In this document: piece by piece, positions 61,001 to 64,000 of the stretch
Layout of the letters: the number at the start of each line of letters is the position of its first letter
Position numbering within the stretch: position 1 is the first letter of the stretch
Origin: Azolla caroliniana
Taxonomy: Eukaryota > Plantae > Polypodiophyta
NCBI GenBank assembly: GCA_043228905.1
Contig: JBHGNT010000008.1
Location: 22,382,001 to 22,446,000, forward strand
Direction: 5' to 3'
DNA: 64,000 bases
The notes under the pieces: model-generated
What the model saw: only the letters and a program-made list of their open reading frames with translations
What the model was told of the DNA's origin: nothing
Database searches by the model: none
Translations under genes and position numbers: made by a program

Positions 61001-64000
61001 AATCAAGATTTTGAAACTCAGGTCGAGAGACATGACGAAAATAGCAAACTTGAGGAGGGAGTTGAGAGGAGCCCTTGAGTAAATTAAAATGTTCATACCT
61101 GGCTCGTGTGATATCGGATTTTTGTGTTCAAACATGCAAATGGAAGACAACAACGCTAGCTATGATATGGAATTAAAAAATAAAGATTTTGAAACTCAGG
61201 TCGAGATACATGACGAAATTACCAAATTTGAGGAGTGAGTTGAGAACAACCCTTGAGTAAATTAAAATGTTCATACCTGGCTCGTGTGATATTGGATTTT
61301 TGTGTTCAAACATGCAAATCGAAGCTAACAACGCTTGCTATGATATGGAATTAAAAAATCAAGATTTTGAAACTCAGGTCGAGAGACATGACGAAAATAG
61401 CAAACTTGAGGAGGGAGTTGAGAGGAGCCCTTGAGTAAATTAAAATGTTCATACCTGGCTCGTGTGATATCCGATTTTTGTGTTCAAACATGCGAATCGA
61501 ACCCAACTACGGGAGGTATGATATGGAATTAAAAAATCAAGAATTTGAAACTCAGGTCGAGAGACATGACGAAAATAGCAAACTTGAGGAGGGAGTTGAG
61601 AGGAGCCCTTGAGTAAATTAAAATGTTCATACCTGGCTCGTGTGATATCGGATTTTTGTGTTCAAACATGCGAATCGAAGCCAACAACGCGAGCTATGAT
61701 ATGGAATTAAAAAATCAAGATTTTGAAACTCAGGTCGAGAGACATGACGAAAATAGCAAACTTGAGGAGGGAGTTGAGAGGAGCCCTTGAGTAAATTAAA
61801 ATGTTCATACCTGGCTCGTGTGATATCGGATTTTTGTGTTCAAACATGCAAATCGAACCTAACAACGCTAGCTATGATATGGAATTAAAAAATCAAGATT
61901 TTGAAACTCAGGTCGAGAGACATGACGAAATTACCAAATTTGAGGAGTGAGTTGAGAACAGTCCTTGAGTAAATTAAAATGTTCATACCTGGCTCGTGTG
62001 ATATCGGATTTTTGTGTTCAAACATGCAAATCGAAGCCAACAACGCTAGCTATGATATGAAATTAAAAAATCAAGAATTTGAGACTCAGGTCGAGAGACA
62101 TGACGAAAATAGCAAATTTGAGGAGTGAGGTGACAAGAGCTAGTAGGTATATTAAAATGTTCATACCTGGCTCGTGTGATATTGGATTTTTGTGTTCAAA
62201 CATGCGAATCGAAGCTAACAACGCTTGCTATGATATGGAATTAAAAAATCAAGATTTTGAAACTCAGGTCGAGAGACATGACGAAAATAGCAAACTTGAG
62301 GAGGGAGTTGAGAGGAGCCCTTCAGTAAATTAAAATGTTCATATCTAGCTCGTGTGATATCGGATTTTTGTGTTCAAACATGCGAATCGAAGCCAACAAC
62401 GCGAGCTATGATATGGAATTAAAAAATCAAGAATTTCAAACTCAGGTCGAGAGACATGACGAAAATAGCAAACTTGAGGAGGGAGTTGAGAGGAGCCCTT
62501 AAGTAATTAAAATGTTCATACCTGGCTCATGTGATATCGGATTTTTGTGTTCAAACATGCGAATCGAAGCCAACTACGTGAGGTATGATATGGAATTAAA
62601 AAATCAAGATTTTGAAACTCAGGTCGAGAGACATGACGAAAATAGCAAACTTGAGGAGGGAGTTGAGAGGAGCCCTTCAGTAAATTAAAATGTTCATACC
62701 TGGCTCGTGTGATATCGGATTTTTGTGTTCAAACATGGAAATCGAAGCTTGAAACGCTAGCTATGATATGGACTTAAAAAATCAAGATTTTGAAACTCAG
62801 GTCGAGAGACATGACGAAAATAGCAAACTTGAGGAGGGAGTTGAGAGGAGCCCTTGAGTAGATTAAAATGTTCATACCTGGCTCGTGTGATATCGGATTT
62901 TTGTGTTCAAACATGCAAATCGAAGCTAACAACGCTAGCTATGATATGGAATTAAAAAATCAAGATTTTGAAACTCAGGTCGAGAGACATGACGAAATTA
63001 CCAAATTTGAGGAGTGAGTTGAGAACAGGCCTTGAGTAAATTAAAATGTTCATACCTGGCTCGTGTGATATCGGATTTTTGTGTTCAAACATGCAAATCG
63101 AAGCCAACAACGCTAGCTATGATATGAAATTAAAAAATCAAGAATTTGAGACTCAGGTCGAGAGACATGACGAAAATAGCAAATTTGAGGAGTGAGGTGA
63201 GAAGAGCTAGTAGGTATATTAAAATGTTCATACCTGGCTCGTGTGATATCAGATTTTTGTGTTCAAACATGCAAATCGAAGCTAACAACGCTAGCTATGA
63301 TATGGAATTAAAAAATCAAGATTTTAAAACTCAGGTCGAGAGACATGACGAAAATAGCAAACTTGAGGAGGGAGTTGAGAGGAGCCCTTGAGTAAATTAA
63401 AATGTTCATACCTGGGTCGTGTGATATCGGATTTTTGTGTTCAAACATGCAAATCGAAGCTAACAACGCTAGCTATGATATGGAATTAAAAAATCAAGAA
63501 TTTCAAACTCAGGTCGAGAGACATGACGAAAATAGCAAACTTGAGGAGGGAGTTGAGAGGAGCCCTTAAGTAATTAAAATGTTCATACCTGGCTCGTGTG
63601 ATATCGGATTTTTGTGTTCAAACATGCGAATCGAAGCCAACTACGTGAGGTATGATATGGAATTAAAAAATCAAGATTTTGAAACTCAGGTCGAGAGACA
63701 TGACGAAAATAGCAAACTTGAGGAGGGAGTTGAGAGGAGCCCTTGAGTAAATTAAAATGTTCATACCTGGCTCGTGTGATATCGGATTTTTGTGTTCAAA
63801 CATGGAAATCGAAGCTTGAAACGCTAGCTATGATATGGACTTAAAAAATCAAGATTTTGAAACTCAGGTCGAGAGACATGACGAAAATAGCAAACTTGAG
63901 GAGGGAGTTGAGAGGAGCCCTTGAGTAGATTAAAATGTTCATACCTGGGTCGTGTGATATCGGATTTTTGTGTTCAAACATGCAAATCGAAGCTAACAAC
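52100..64000 (+). repeat. Young, highly homogeneous 178-bp subfamily with multi-monomer duplications
   Basis: Diagnostic GAGAGGAGCCCTTGAG. Identical marker ORFs at 52650, 56919 and 63146, and at 55852 and 62079, giving offsets of 4269 and 6227. Confidence 0.92.

Larger units (their letters stand above)
10790..64000 (+). repeat. Tandem satellite array, 178-bp monomer, all head-to-tail in one orientation, interrupted by insertions; continues beyond the window
   Basis: Recurring unit ...AAAATGTTCATACCTGGCTCGTGTGATATCGGATTTTTGTGTTCAAACATGCGAATCGAAGCTAACAACGCTAGCTATGATATGGAATTAAAAAATCAAGATTTTGAAACTCAGGTCGAGAGACATGA.GAAA.....AAA.TTGAGGAGGGAGTTGAGA.GAGC...TGAGTAAAT. Period 178, e.g. 15376 to 15554 and 17145 to 17323. 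Confidence 0.98.

Noticed and set aside
10788-63391. Dozens of 60-85 aa ORFs (MKMFIPGSCDIGFLCSN..., MLEHKNPISH...)
   Set aside because: They are chance translations of the 178-bp monomer; 178 is not a multiple of 3 and stops are scattered.
10790-64000. CRISPR-like regular array
   Set aside because: No unique spacers; the whole unit repeats; eukaryotic context and no cas genes.

Overview
Eukaryotic land-plant DNA, probably a non-seed plant such as a fern (inferred only from the Copia gag type and general composition). The window runs from gene-containing sequence into a large tandem satellite array. 917-3072 is the 3' part of a spliced E2F transcription-factor gene: 13 visible exons, with two introns carrying U12-type signals. 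4045-12240 is a pile of decayed elements: three Ty1/Copia remnants, a hAT-type MITE, an ITS2/26S rDNA fragment, a short TTTAGGG tract and a degraded Penelope-like RT. From about 10790 to the end is a 178-bp satellite with a 189-bp variant block, layered subfamilies and higher-order duplications; it becomes more homogeneous rightwards. The array is interrupted by two solo LTRs with 5-bp TSDs, a 112-bp foreign patch, and two endonuclease-less Penelope-like retroelements (17544-20905 minus; 40101-44609). These two elements are the most notable system. Both show a Pro-rich ORF1 joined to the RT by an apparent programmed -1 frameshift (A_AAA_AAC, 5-nt spacer, hairpin). Both carry a 3' cassette of TATA box, minimal type-I hammerhead ribozyme, (CT)n and a conserved ACTCCTTGT tail; a third, inverted cassette from a different family sits at the 5' end of the second element. 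Both inserted without a TSD and with a target deletion. All coordinates and structures were read by eye; no searches or folding were run.
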